The notes: generated from the letters alone by a model not told the origin. Shown: positions 45,923 to 54,344, counted from the first letter of the stretch. The stretch: 64,000 nucleotides of DNA from Candidatus Rokuibacteriota bacterium (GCA_016184365.1 JACPCW010000088.1:12068-76067); one strand, 5' to 3'. Translations and numbers: made by a program.

Positions 45923-46362
45923 GCGGCTCGGTCACGAGGACGACGGCACACGCGACACGCGGCTCCCTCGGCGCCGGTTTCGCGGATCTGCGCGGCGCCC
46001 GCGTGCTGCTTCTCGCTCTCGGTCTCACACTCGTCGCCGGCCTGACGTGGCAGGTCGGCCCGAAGAACGTCCTCGACCATTTCCAGTCGTTGGGCTGGCC
46101 GCTCGTCTTCGCCGTGCTCCCCTACATCCTCGTCGTGATCCTCGACGCCGTCGCCTGGCGTGACACGTTCGACCACGCCGTGCTCACTCTGCCCGCGGCG
46201 ATCGCGTTCACGCTCCTGCGGCGGCTGAGATAGCTCGTGTGGGCGGTGATCGGCTTCTTCCTGCTGAGTTCGTGGGAGACCCCCGCCACCGCCCACCACA
46301 CCACCCAACGCTCGGCGGGCGCCGGGAACCCGGCGCCCGCGTCGAGCACCACGAGCTCCTGA
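45919..46362 (+). pseudogene. internally deleted UPF0104/LPG-synthase-TM paralog
   Basis: GTGA-coupled to the RND stop. About 95 aa of N-terminus are homologous to the CDS at 36032-37039. A TAG at 46231 follows, and the same frame then continues with a C-terminal-like helix LVWAVIGFFLLSSW. Confidence 0.55.
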
Positions 46363-46379
46363 CGGAGGCCGCCGTGAGG

Positions 46380-47267
46380 ATGGTTCAGCTCATCGTCAAC
46401 CCGATCGCCGGCAGGGGCCATGGCGCTGGCGTGGTTCCCGCCATCGAGGCACGGCTTCGGCGCCTCGGCTGTGAGGTCGCAACGTTTGTCACGCGACGAC
46501 GGGGCGACGCGCGCGAGTTCGCGGCGTCACTCGAGCGGACGACCTCACTCCTCCTGGTCGTCGGCGGCGACGGCACGCTGAACGAGGTCGTCAACGGGCA
46601 GGTCGAGATTCCGCTGGCACTCTTCCCCGTCGGCACCGGCAATGCCTTCGCCGCCGATCAAGGAATCGGCGGCACGCTCGACGCTCTCGAAGCCCTGGTC
46701 CGGGACGGCGTGCCCCGGTGGTTCGATCTGGGCGCCGCCGGCGGCCGGAAGTTCATCAACATGGCGTCGTGCGGGATTCTCGGGCAGATCCACCGCGCGT
46801 TCTGGGTCGGCCGCCGGGGACCGGACAGCTTCGTCCGATGCCTCCTGACGGCCTTCGGGATCCTCCGGCGAGGGCTGTTCCGTCCGGTCACGATCCGGTG
46901 CGACGGCCGGATGGTGGATCGTGTGGCCCACATCGTCGTCGTCGGGAACACCCGCACCTACTCTCCGGGCGTGAGCTTCACCCCGGAGGCCTCGCCCTTC
47001 GACGGCGCGCTCGACGTCTGCACGCTGCCGGCCCCCCGAGCCGTCGACCTGGTGCGATGGCTGGTGGGCGTCCTGCGCCAACAGCGCCTCGAGGACCCGA
47101 GGATCGGCTACCTGCGTGCCCGGACCGTCCACATGGGCGGCACGGGGATCGAGTGCCACGTCGATGGCGAGTACGTCGGCCCGGGCCCCCTGTCGGTCTC
47201 CGTGCTCCATCGCCACGTGCAGATCCTCGTCCCTCCCGCGACCGTGGCGAGGGTCGCGATCGCATGA
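46380..47267 (+). CDS. diacylglycerol kinase catalytic domain family lipid kinase (YegS/BmrU-like)
   Basis: LIVNPIAGRG and VVGGDGTLNEVVNG motifs. Confidence 0.8.
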   Translation: MVQLIVNPIAGRGHGAGVVPAIEARLRRLGCEVATFVTRRRGDAREFAASLERTTSLLLVVGGDGTLNEVVNGQVEIPLALFPVGTGNAFAADQGIGGTLDALEALVRDGVPRWFDLGAAGGRKFINMASCGILGQIHRAFWVGRRGPDSFVRCLLTAFGILRRGLFRPVTIRCDGRMVDRVAHIVVVGNTRTYSPGVSFTPEASPFDGALDVCTLPAPRAVDLVRWLVGVLRQQRLEDPRIGYLRARTVHMGGTGIECHVDGEYVGPGPLSVSVLHRHVQILVPPATVARVAIA

Positions 47268-47302
47268 GTGACAGCATGACTTCTTCTCGTGAAAGGAAGG
47301 CG

Positions 47303-47896
47303 ATGGCGATGAAGAGCGGCGCATTCGTCGGTCTGGTGATGCTGGGCCTCCTGAGCGATCTCTGGCTGGCCATGCCCGCCGACGCCGGACCGCGGGAGCG
47401 CGTCGGCGAGCTCGTGGGTGGTGTTGCGGCGGTGGTCCGTGATCCGGCGCTTCAGAACACCGAACGTCAGGCCCGGGTGCGAGCGATCATCGATGGGACG
47501 TTCGACTTCGAGGCGATGGGCCAGCAGGCGCTCGGAACTCGCTGGCAGGCCCTGACACCCGCGCAGCGAGACGAGTTCGTCGGCCTCTTCGCGGAGCTCT
47601 TCAAGCGCTCCTACACCCGCCTGGTGCTCCGGTTCCTCGGCGACCGCAGGACGACATACGTGACGGAGTCGACCACCGGGAACCGCGCGGCGGTCGAGAC
47701 CATGCTCGCGGGCGGCAAGGAGGAGCGGCTGCCGGTGGGTTACCGGCTCGCACGCAAGCACGAGCAATGGCAGGTAGTCGACGTCGTGATCGATGGCGTG
47801 AGTCTGGCGGAGGGCTACCGCGCGCAGTTCGAACGGATCGCCCGCAACTCCTCGTACGAGACGCTGCTTCGACGCATGCGCGGCAAGGCGCAATAG
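47303..47896 (+). CDS. MlaC/Ttg2D-like periplasmic lipid-binding protein (second copy)
   Basis: Signal peptide; FDFEAMGQQALGTRW..RDEFVGLFAELFKRSY..WQVVDVVIDGVSLAEGYRAQF. Alternative ATGA-coupled start at 47264. Confidence 0.8.
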   Translation: MAMKSGAFVGLVMLGLLSDLWLAMPADAGPRERVGELVGGVAAVVRDPALQNTERQARVRAIIDGTFDFEAMGQQALGTRWQALTPAQRDEFVGLFAELFKRSYTRLVLRFLGDRRTTYVTESTTGNRAAVETMLAGGKEERLPVGYRLARKHEQWQVVDVVIDGVSLAEGYRAQFERIARNSSYETLLRRMRGKAQ

Positions 47897-47905
47897 GAGG
47901 GCTGC

Positions 47906-48826
47906 ATGGTCAGGGGACGGAAGGATATGTGGTTACGGGAATGGCTGGTGGCGGTCGCCGTCGCAGCCGTCATCGCAGTCGGCGCCGCGCCCGCCGCGAG
48001 TGGCGCGCCAGGCCTCGAGCCACCGCCGGGGAGCGATTCGCAGCTCGAAGCGAGCGGGGCCGACGGTTCCGAGGTCGCCACGACGGCCGCGCCAGCCGGT
48101 CCGAGCGGTGAGAGTCAGACGGAGACGCGCGCGGCCGCGGAAGACGGAGCGCTGGAGGAACACGATCCCTGGGAGCGGTTCAACGAGCGCATGTTCGAGT
48201 TCAACCGCCGGGTCGACCGGTACGTCCTGAAACCTGTGGCGAAAGGCTGGGACAAGGTTGTCCCCGACGAAGTACAGCGAAGCCTCAAGAACGTGCTCAA
48301 GAACGCGGCGATGCCCAAGCGTCTCGTGAACAATCTCCTCCAGGGGAAGTTCGAGGGTGCGGTCCGGGAACTCAGCCGCTTCATGCTCAACACCACGGTC
48401 GGCGTGGGCGGTCTGTTCGACATCGCGACGCACGAGGGCATTCCTGAAAGCGCTACGGACACCGGGCAGACCCTGGGCGTCTGGGGGGCGGGCCCGGGGC
48501 CCTACCTGGTCTTGCCGTTCCTGCCTCCGCTGACGGTCCGTGACGGCATCGGATTCGCCATCGACTCGCTGCTGGATCCGATCAGCTACGTCGCCCCGTT
48601 CGCGGCGAACGTCGGGACCTCGGTAGGGGAACGCGTGAACGAGCGCTCGGTCAACCTCGAAACCTTCGACGACTTCGAGGCGGGCACCCTCGACCTCTAC
48701 AGCGCTGTCCGGAACGCGTACCTGCAACGGCGGCAGAAGGCGATCCAGGAGGACGCCGGGAGCCGCCGGGAGGGATGGCCTCAGCCGTGGCCCGAGGATT
48801 CGGCGGCAACCTCGGAGGCGCCCTAG
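47906..48826 (+). CDS. mlaA: MlaA/VacJ family outer-membrane lipoprotein
   Basis: AGGAGG Shine-Dalgarno. DPWERFNERMFEFNRRVDRYVLKPVAKGW..NTTVGVGGLFD. Confidence 0.85.
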   Translation: MVRGRKDMWLREWLVAVAVAAVIAVGAAPAASGAPGLEPPPGSDSQLEASGADGSEVATTAAPAGPSGESQTETRAAAEDGALEEHDPWERFNERMFEFNRRVDRYVLKPVAKGWDKVVPDEVQRSLKNVLKNAAMPKRLVNNLLQGKFEGAVRELSRFMLNTTVGVGGLFDIATHEGIPESATDTGQTLGVWGAGPGPYLVLPFLPPLTVRDGIGFAIDSLLDPISYVAPFAANVGTSVGERVNERSVNLETFDDFEAGTLDLYSAVRNAYLQRRQKAIQEDAGSRREGWPQPWPEDSAATSEAP

Positions 48827-48880
48827 CCCGGACTACCGAACGCGCATCGGCACCGCACGCCGGGGACACGACCACGAGCG

Positions 48881-49011
48881 GTGGGCCGGGGGTTTGCTCC
48901 GGAATTCCGCGAGCCGTCGCCCGCTCGGCGAGACGCACGGAACGAATCACGATGGCTGGCGCCCATCCAACCATCGAAGCCAACGGAATTCCGGAGCAAC
49001 CCCCGGCCCAC
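48881..49011. repeat. MITE-like palindromic element, copy 1 (131 nt)
   Basis: Terminal inverted repeats GTGGGCCGGGGGTTTGCTCCGGAATTCCG / CGGAATTCCGGAGCAACCCCCGGCCCAC, matching 28/29 with one indel. Confidence 0.7.
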
Positions 49012-49110
49012 CGCTCGCGGTCTCCCGCGGCGCCTGCCGTCGTCCTGGAGCGTCAACCCGCGCTCCCGCCGGCTCGGGGGGCAGCACCCCGGCCGTCGCT
49101 GAGGCCGAGT

Positions 49111-49245
49111 GTCGGGCTGGGGATCGCTCCGGAATTCCGTTGGCTTCGATCGTCGCCTGGGCGCTGCGCATCGTGTGGGTTTCCCCCAGCGTCTCGCCGA
49201 AGCGGGTGACGGCTCGCGGAATTCCGGAGCGATCCCCAGCCCGAC
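49111..49245. repeat. MITE-like palindromic element, copy 2 (135 nt, inverted relative to copy 1)
   Basis: Perfect 29-nt terminal inverted repeats GTCGGGCTGGGGATCGCTCCGGAATTCCG. The core aligns with the reverse complement of the copy 1 core. Confidence 0.7.
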
Positions 49246-49385
49246 GCTCGGCTTCAGCGGCTCGCGCGGCGCTGGTTCGTGAATAGTGCGCGCTAGCGCT
49301 CGCAGCGAGGTCGAGGTGGTCTGCGACCCGCGGCCGCGGTACGGCCAGGTTGTCCACGACTGAGGGGTCGCGGGCGGGTCGACGG

Positions 49386-49745
49386 CTATGGAGCTTCGCG
49401 TGAGATCTTGTCGTAGGACGTTACGCTGAGACGATACGCGCCCTCAGTCGTCGGGGGCACCGAGACCAGGAAAAAGCCCGCCGCCCCCGCCGCGATGTCT
49501 CCCAGCGCCCAGCCGGATGTTTCGTCGATGACTCGGCCGCCGCTGTCGAGCACCTCGACACGCAGTCGGACTGCCGCGACCCGGTAGACCGAGCGGTTGT
49601 GGACGTATCCCGTGACCACCGGCCCCCGACGTGACTCCGCTTCGTAGCGCCACTCGACCTGGAAGGGCAGCTCCTGCGTGGCGCCCGTCGGCGGTCCAGC
49701 GGTCAGGCTGAACACGATCACGGCGCATATGACGGCGGCACACAC
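49386..49745 (-). CDS. exported beta-sandwich-like hypothetical protein (paralog of 63529-63828)
   Basis: GYVHNRS..VRLRVEVLDSGGRV..GFFLVSVP pattern. The probable native start is ATGATG at 49776, in another frame across a GTGTGTG tract. Confidence 0.6.
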   Translation of the reverse strand: MCAAVICAVIVFSLTAGPPTGATQELPFQVEWRYEAESRRGPVVTGYVHNRSVYRVAAVRLRVEVLDSGGRVIDETSGWALGDIAAGAAGFFLVSVPPTTEGAYRLSVTSYDKISREAP

Positions 49746-49772
49746 GTCGGTGCGTCACGATCAGCGTTTTCA

Positions 49773-50048
49773 TCATCTCGTCCTCGTTGGTGCGATGCCG
49801 GACACCTCGAGTGACGTTCGGAATGCCTCGATGTCGCGGCCCATCCGGCCGAGATCGCGCTGCACCTTGTCGAGTCCGGTTTCCAACGTCGCGAGGGACG
49901 TGAAGACCTGCCGCCATCTCGCCTCGTCCGCAAGCGGCTCGCCGCCGGGAGGGGTTTCCGCATCGTGCTCGGCCGCCGCCGGGACCTGGACCATCGCCTG
50001 ACCTCCTGAATTCCGGGCCGTCTCCCGTACGACGGAGCGGACATTCAT
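49773..50048 (-). CDS. hypothetical small protein
   Basis: The stop overlaps the ATGATG of the downstream gene. Helical segment LATLETGLDKVQRDLGRMGRDIEAF. Otherwise weak. Confidence 0.35.
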   Translation of the reverse strand: MNVRSVVRETARNSGGQAMVQVPAAAEHDAETPPGGEPLADEARWRQVFTSLATLETGLDKVQRDLGRMGRDIEAFRTSLEVSGIAPTRTR

Positions 50049-50122
50049 GAGGGTTCCGCGAAGGGCAGCCGCAGTTACGCGGCCTGGTCGAGGTTCGGGC
50101 GTCATGCCCGAACGGGTCTCAC

Positions 50123-50152
50123 GAATCCTTCTCGCCCCATCCCTCCGTCATA
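50123..50152 (+). promoter_or_regulatory. ECF-type promoter candidate GAATC-N18-CGTCATA
   Basis: The -10 ends 40 nt upstream of ATG 50193. The spacer is one nt longer than at the other sites. Confidence 0.45.
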
Positions 50153-50192
50153 CCGGCGAGGCCACGTGAGCGTTCTCGACGAGGAGCCGACC

Positions 50193-50564
50193 ATGAAGAC
50201 GATCATCGCGCTGGCACTGTTCGGGCTCGTGCTCGCAGGAACGGCGGCCGCCGACCCGGCGCCGGCGCCTCCGTGGGCCACGCTGGCGGACCTGGAGCAG
50301 AGCGTGACGCAAGTGTTCGAGGTCTCCGGCTGCGCGGACACCCGGCCGATCGCGCTGCTGGTGGTCGCGGACGGAGCCGACACGTACTTCCTGATCGTCA
50401 ACACCGACGCCCGGTGGGCGATCATGGGACCGGCCGACACGGGCGAAGAGCCCCGGATCTGGTACGGGACCGTGCTCGACGAGGGTCGCCTCCTGGTCGA
50501 GCGAGTGTTGGTCGGGACGCTCGCAACAGACGTCTGCCCGTTCCTGACGAGGTCAGGCGCGTGA
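50193..50564 (+). CDS. secreted hypothetical protein
   Basis: Signal peptide MKTIIALALFGLVLAGTAAA and a ~100-aa mature domain with two Cys. Confidence 0.6.
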   Translation: MKTIIALALFGLVLAGTAAADPAPAPPWATLADLEQSVTQVFEVSGCADTRPIALLVVADGADTYFLIVNTDARWAIMGPADTGEEPRIWYGTVLDEGRLLVERVLVGTLATDVCPFLTRSGA

Positions 50565-50654
50565 CGGGGGCGAAGGACAGGCGCTCCGCACGGTCGCCCA
50601 GGCTGGCCGCAGGCTGAGACGTGAAGGAGACCATCGTGCGGCAGAGGAGCGGTC

Positions 50655-50948
50655 ATGGCATCGAACCGAGGTGAGCGACGCACCGAGCGCCTGCGGTGCG
50701 ACCACTGCAAAAAACCGATCCTGGCGCCCGCGAACGTCATCGCCGCGTCCGATGGGCTGCTCTTCGACTCGATGCGTTGCAAGCAGCGCTACCTCCGTCT
50801 TGCCTCACTGAAAGCGCTGTCGAACGTCGTGCGCGTCGCCCGCTCGCGGCTCAAGGCGCGCGCGATCGCGAAGGCCGAGGTCGCCTACCGGAGGCTCGGA
50901 GGGCGAGATTGGCCGATGGTGAAGATGCTGCTCGGCGCCGTCCTGTAA
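50655..50948 (+). CDS. hypothetical protein with CxxC...C motif
   Basis: 97 aa; CDHCKKPI..FDSMRCKQRY, possibly a zinc-binding module. Weak. Confidence 0.3.
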   Translation: MASNRGERRTERLRCDHCKKPILAPANVIAASDGLLFDSMRCKQRYLRLASLKALSNVVRVARSRLKARAIAKAEVAYRRLGGRDWPMVKMLLGAVL

Positions 50949-51056
50949 TCTGGCTCGTCCCGCAAGGGCGTGAAATGCCCTGGTTTTGGCCGGACGCGTA
51001 ACATTGCCCTTCGCCGCCCGAATTCTCTATTGTCCTGCTCGCACGGACGTGCCCCG

Positions 51057-52799
51057 ATGCGCCTGAGCGATGACTTCCACAAGCTCCTGGACGCTGCGCC
51101 CGACGCCATGGTGCTGGTCGACGGCACCGGGCGCGTCGTCCTCGTCAACGCCCAGACCGAGCGGCTCTTCGGCTACACGCGAGACGAGCTGCTTGGCCAG
51201 CCCGTCGAGATGCTAGTGCCTGAGCGCTTGCGCGAGGTCCATCTCGCCCATCGCGCGGCGTACTTCACCCATCCGGGCGTCCGGCCGATGGGGGCGGGGC
51301 TCGAGCTCTACGGCCAGCGGAAGGACCGGCGCGAGTTCCCCGTGGAGATCAGCCTGAGCTCGCTCGATCTCGGCGGCGCCACCGTCGCGGTCGCCGCCAT
51401 CCGCGATGTCACCGAGCGGAAGAAGGCCGACGCGAAGTTTCGCGGGCTGCTCGAGGCGGCGCCCGACGCGATGGTGGTCGTCGACCGAGAAGGCCGGATC
51501 GTCCTCGTCAACGCCCAGACCGAGCGCATGTTCGGCTACGAACGGCACCAGTTGCTCGGACAGGGGATCGAGGTCCTCGTGCCGGAGCGCTTCCGCACGG
51601 CGCACGTCGGTCATCGGGGCGGCTTTTTCACCGCGCCCAGCGTCCGGCCGATGGGGGTGGGGCTCGAGCTCCATGGTCGGCGGCAGGACGGCAGCGAGTT
51701 CCCCGTGGAGATCAGTCTCAGCCTGCTCGAGACGGAGGAGGATCTCCTGGTCATCAGCGCCGTCCGCGACATCACCGAGCGGAAGAAGGCGGAGGAGCTC
51801 GAGCGCGTCAAGGCCCGGCTGGAGGAGGAGAACACCTACCTCCAGGAGGAGATCAAGACCCAGCACAACTTCGAGGAGATCGTCGGGCAGAGCTCGGCGG
51901 TTCGACGGGCACTGAGGGCCCTCGAGACGGTCGCACCCACGGACGCCTGCGTCCTGGTCCTCGGCGAGACCGGCACGGGCAAGGAGCTGGTGGCGCGCGC
52001 GCTCCACGATCTGAGCGCGCGGCGGCGCACGCCGCTCGTCAAGGTGAACTGCGCCGCCATCCCTGCCGGACTCATCGAGAGCGAGCTGTTCGGCCACGAG
52101 CGGGGAGCGTTCACCGGCGCCATCTCCCGCGCGATCGGGCGGTTCGAGCTGGCCGACGGCGGGACGATTCTCCTGGACGAGATCGGGGAGCTGCCCCTGG
52201 ACTTGCAAGCGAAGCTGCTCCGGGTCCTCCAGGACGGGGAGTTCGAGCGAGTGGGAAGTGCCAGGACGAACAAGGTCGACGTGAGAGTCGTCGCGGCCAC
52301 GAACCGGGACCTCGAGGCCGCCGTGCGGGAAGGGCGATTCCGCCAGGATCTCTATTACCGCCTGAACGTCTTCCCGATCCGGGTCCCTCCACTTCGCGAG
52401 CGGAAAGAGGACGTGTCGCTCCTCGCCAAGTATTTCGTCGCGCGGTACGCGGCGAAGTTCGGGAAGAGGATCGACGCGATCCCGCGAACGGCGATGGACG
52501 CGCTGCGCGCCTATCCCTGGCCCGGCAACGTGCGAGAGCTCGAGAACGTGATCGAGCGCGCGGTGATCCTGAGCCAGGGGCCCGAGCTCAAGCTCGGCGA
52601 GTGGCCACCCCGCGGAGTCGTCCCCCGCGAGGCGCGACTCCTGACGCTCGACGAGGTGGAACGGGACCACATCACGGCCGTGCTGGACCTCACGGGGTGG
52701 CGCGTGAGCGGGGCGCAAGGGGCGGCGACGCTCCTCGGACTCAAGCCGACGACCCTGGAGGCGAGGATGAAGAAGCTCGGGATCCAGCGCAAGCCGTGA
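51057..52799 (+). CDS. sigma-54-dependent transcriptional activator with two PAS domains
   Basis: Two near-identical PAS repeats (APDAMVxVD..[15 protein letters not shown]). AAA+ domain with [14 protein letters not shown] and ESELFGHE. C-terminal Fis-type HTH. Confidence 0.9.
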   Translation: MRLSDDFHKLLDAAPDAMVLVDGTGRVVLVNAQTERLFGYTRDELLGQPVEMLVPERLREVHLAHRAAYFTHPGVRPMGAGLELYGQRKDRREFPVEISLSSLDLGGATVAVAAIRDVTERKKADAKFRGLLEAAPDAMVVVDREGRIVLVNAQTERMFGYERHQLLGQGIEVLVPERFRTAHVGHRGGFFTAPSVRPMGVGLELHGRRQDGSEFPVEISLSLLETEEDLLVISAVRDITERKKAEELERVKARLEEENTYLQEEIKTQHNFEEIVGQSSAVRRALRALETVAPTDACVLVLGETGTGKELVARALHDLSARRRTPLVKVNCAAIPAGLIESELFGHERGAFTGAISRAIGRFELADGGTILLDEIGELPLDLQAKLLRVLQDGEFERVGSARTNKVDVRVVAATNRDLEAAVREGRFRQDLYYRLNVFPIRVPPLRERKEDVSLLAKYFVARYAAKFGKRIDAIPRTAMDALRAYPWPGNVRELENVIERAVILSQGPELKLGEWPPRGVVPREARLLTLDEVERDHITAVLDLTGWRVSGAQGAATLLGLKPTTLEARMKKLGIQRKP

Positions 52800-52849
52800 C
52801 CTCGCCGGCGCGCGGGGTCGCGCATCCGGTCGAGGGGCCTCGCGCCAGT

Positions 52850-52878
52850 GAATCGCTCCGGCCTTTCACCCCGTCTTA
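52850..52878 (+). promoter_or_regulatory. ECF-type promoter candidate GAATC-N17-CGTCTTA
   Basis: The -10 ends 13 nt before ATG 52892, and no Shine-Dalgarno lies between them. Confidence 0.6.
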
Positions 52879-52891
52879 CGGGCGACGCCAC

Positions 52892-53554
52892 ATGAAGGTT
52901 GTGCCGATCCTCATCGCCGGTCTCCTCGCGCTCGCCCTCGCCGGCGGGGCCGTGTTCGCCCTCTCCGGTGGCGTGCCGGTTCCCGCGCCGCAGGGCGCGC
53001 TTGCGTCGGAGAGCAAAGGTGGGCCGGCGGGCTCGATGGCCGCGCCAACGGCGTCCCCGCCGCGCGCGGCGCGCACGGGCCCCGTGCTCAGGCTCGACGA
53101 TGCCATTCGAGAGCTCGACCTCATCCGGCCGTCGCGCGAGAAGTTCGCCGACGACTTCACGCTCGCGCTCGCCGACGGCACGCGCTTCCGGCTGAGTGAG
53201 CATCGCGGCAAGGCCGTCCTCGTGAACTTCTGGGCGACGTGGTGTCCGCCGTGCCGCGAGGAGATGCCGGCGATGGAGCGGCTGTATCGCCAGCACAAGG
53301 ACCGCGGCCTCGTCCTCGTGGCGGTGTCCGTGGACGCCGATCCGGCCGTGGTGACGCCGTACCTGCGCGAGAACAAGCTGAGCTTCCCCGTGGCCCTCGA
53401 CCCGAAGATGGACGTGGCCGACACGTACGGGGTGCGCGCGCTGCCCTCGAGCTTCGTCGTGGACCGCGAGGGACGGGTGACCGTCCTCGCCCTCGGCCCG
53501 CGCCGCTGGGACAACGACGCGGCGCACTCGCTCGTGGAAGCGCTCACGCACTGA
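52892..53554 (+). CDS. TlpA/ResA-like membrane-anchored thiol:disulfide oxidoreductase
   Basis: N-terminal anchor, then VLVNFWATWCPPCREEMP and GVRALPSSFVVD motifs. Confidence 0.85.
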   Translation: MKVVPILIAGLLALALAGGAVFALSGGVPVPAPQGALASESKGGPAGSMAAPTASPPRAARTGPVLRLDDAIRELDLIRPSREKFADDFTLALADGTRFRLSEHRGKAVLVNFWATWCPPCREEMPAMERLYRQHKDRGLVLVAVSVDADPAVVTPYLRENKLSFPVALDPKMDVADTYGVRALPSSFVVDREGRVTVLALGPRRWDNDAAHSLVEALTH

Positions 53555-53565
53555 CGTGGTTGTTC

Positions 53566-53673
53566 CGTGTCGCTGATCACGCCGAGGCTCATCGGGGCAA
53601 CGACGGTGGCCAGGATCGCGATGATCGCCAGGACCACGAGGATCTCCATCAGCGTGAAGCCCGGCTGCCCCAC
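53566..53673 (-). pseudogene. orphan prepilin-type N-terminal methylation/cleavage segment
   Basis: GQPGFTLMEILVVLAIIAILATVVAP. Beyond ~36 codons the frame only continues as antisense of the TlpA-like gene. Confidence 0.35.
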
Positions 53674-53702
53674 CCTTTTTCATCGCGAACCTAAGACGCC
53701 AT

Positions 53703-54344
53703 TCACAGTAGCTCCACCGGATCGCCGACGGCCACCCGCCCGCCCCGAACAACATACGTGTCGAGGGCCAGCCGGCCGCCCATCTCCTGGACGATCCGCC
53801 GTAGGACGGTCGGATCCTGCTCGAGCGTGTCCGGATCATAGGTCGTCATGACACATCGGCCGCGGAGCTTTTTGAAGCTGATGATCGCTTCGCCGACCCG
53901 GGCTTGACGCCCGGGCCACTCGCGCTCCGCGAGCCCGTTCACGCCGGCGATGAGGATGTTCGGACGGAAGCGGCGTCGATCGAACCCCAGGGCCTCAACG
54001 GCCCCGTCGGTCGCCACGAGCAGGGGAAGCACATCGAAGCGGTCCGGCCCGTCATGGCGGACCAGCCGGGCTCCGGGACCGGCGGCCGCCTCGATCGCCG
54101 CTCCCACCTCGGGCGCTGTCCACGGGCGTCCGTTCACGAGCGTTTCGCCCATCAGGCTCAGCGTGCCCTTCAAACCGAGCAGCCGTGGGGTGGTCCGCGA
54201 GGTCACGATCCGGCCCTCGGCGTCGTACACTTGAATGACGCGGTCCCCCGGAATGCCGTCGGCCGAGATCTCCGCCGCGTCCAGCGGCTCACCCGCCAGC
54301 GACTTCACCGGGTAGCGCCACAACTCAGCGACATGCATCTTCAT
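53703..54344 (-). CDS. MOSC domain protein
   Basis: GGAGGA Shine-Dalgarno. VAELWRYPVKSLAGE N-terminal barrel, and a C-terminal Cys in KKLRGRCVMT. Confidence 0.75.
   Translation of the reverse strand: MKMHVAELWRYPVKSLAGEPLDAAEISADGIPGDRVIQVYDAEGRIVTSRTTPRLLGLKGTLSLMGETLVNGRPWTAPEVGAAIEAAAGPGARLVRHDGPDRFDVLPLLVATDGAVEALGFDRRRFRPNILIAGVNGLAEREWPGRQARVGEAIISFKKLRGRCVMTTYDPDTLEQDPTVLRRIVQEMGGRLALDTYVVRGGRVAVGDPVELL

Noticed and set aside
50005-50040. GAATTCCGGGCCGTCTCCCG resembles the inner end of the MITE-like element (GAATTCCGCGAGCCGTCGCCCG).
   Set aside because: Only ~20 nt of loose similarity, with no inverted partner. It is probably chance.
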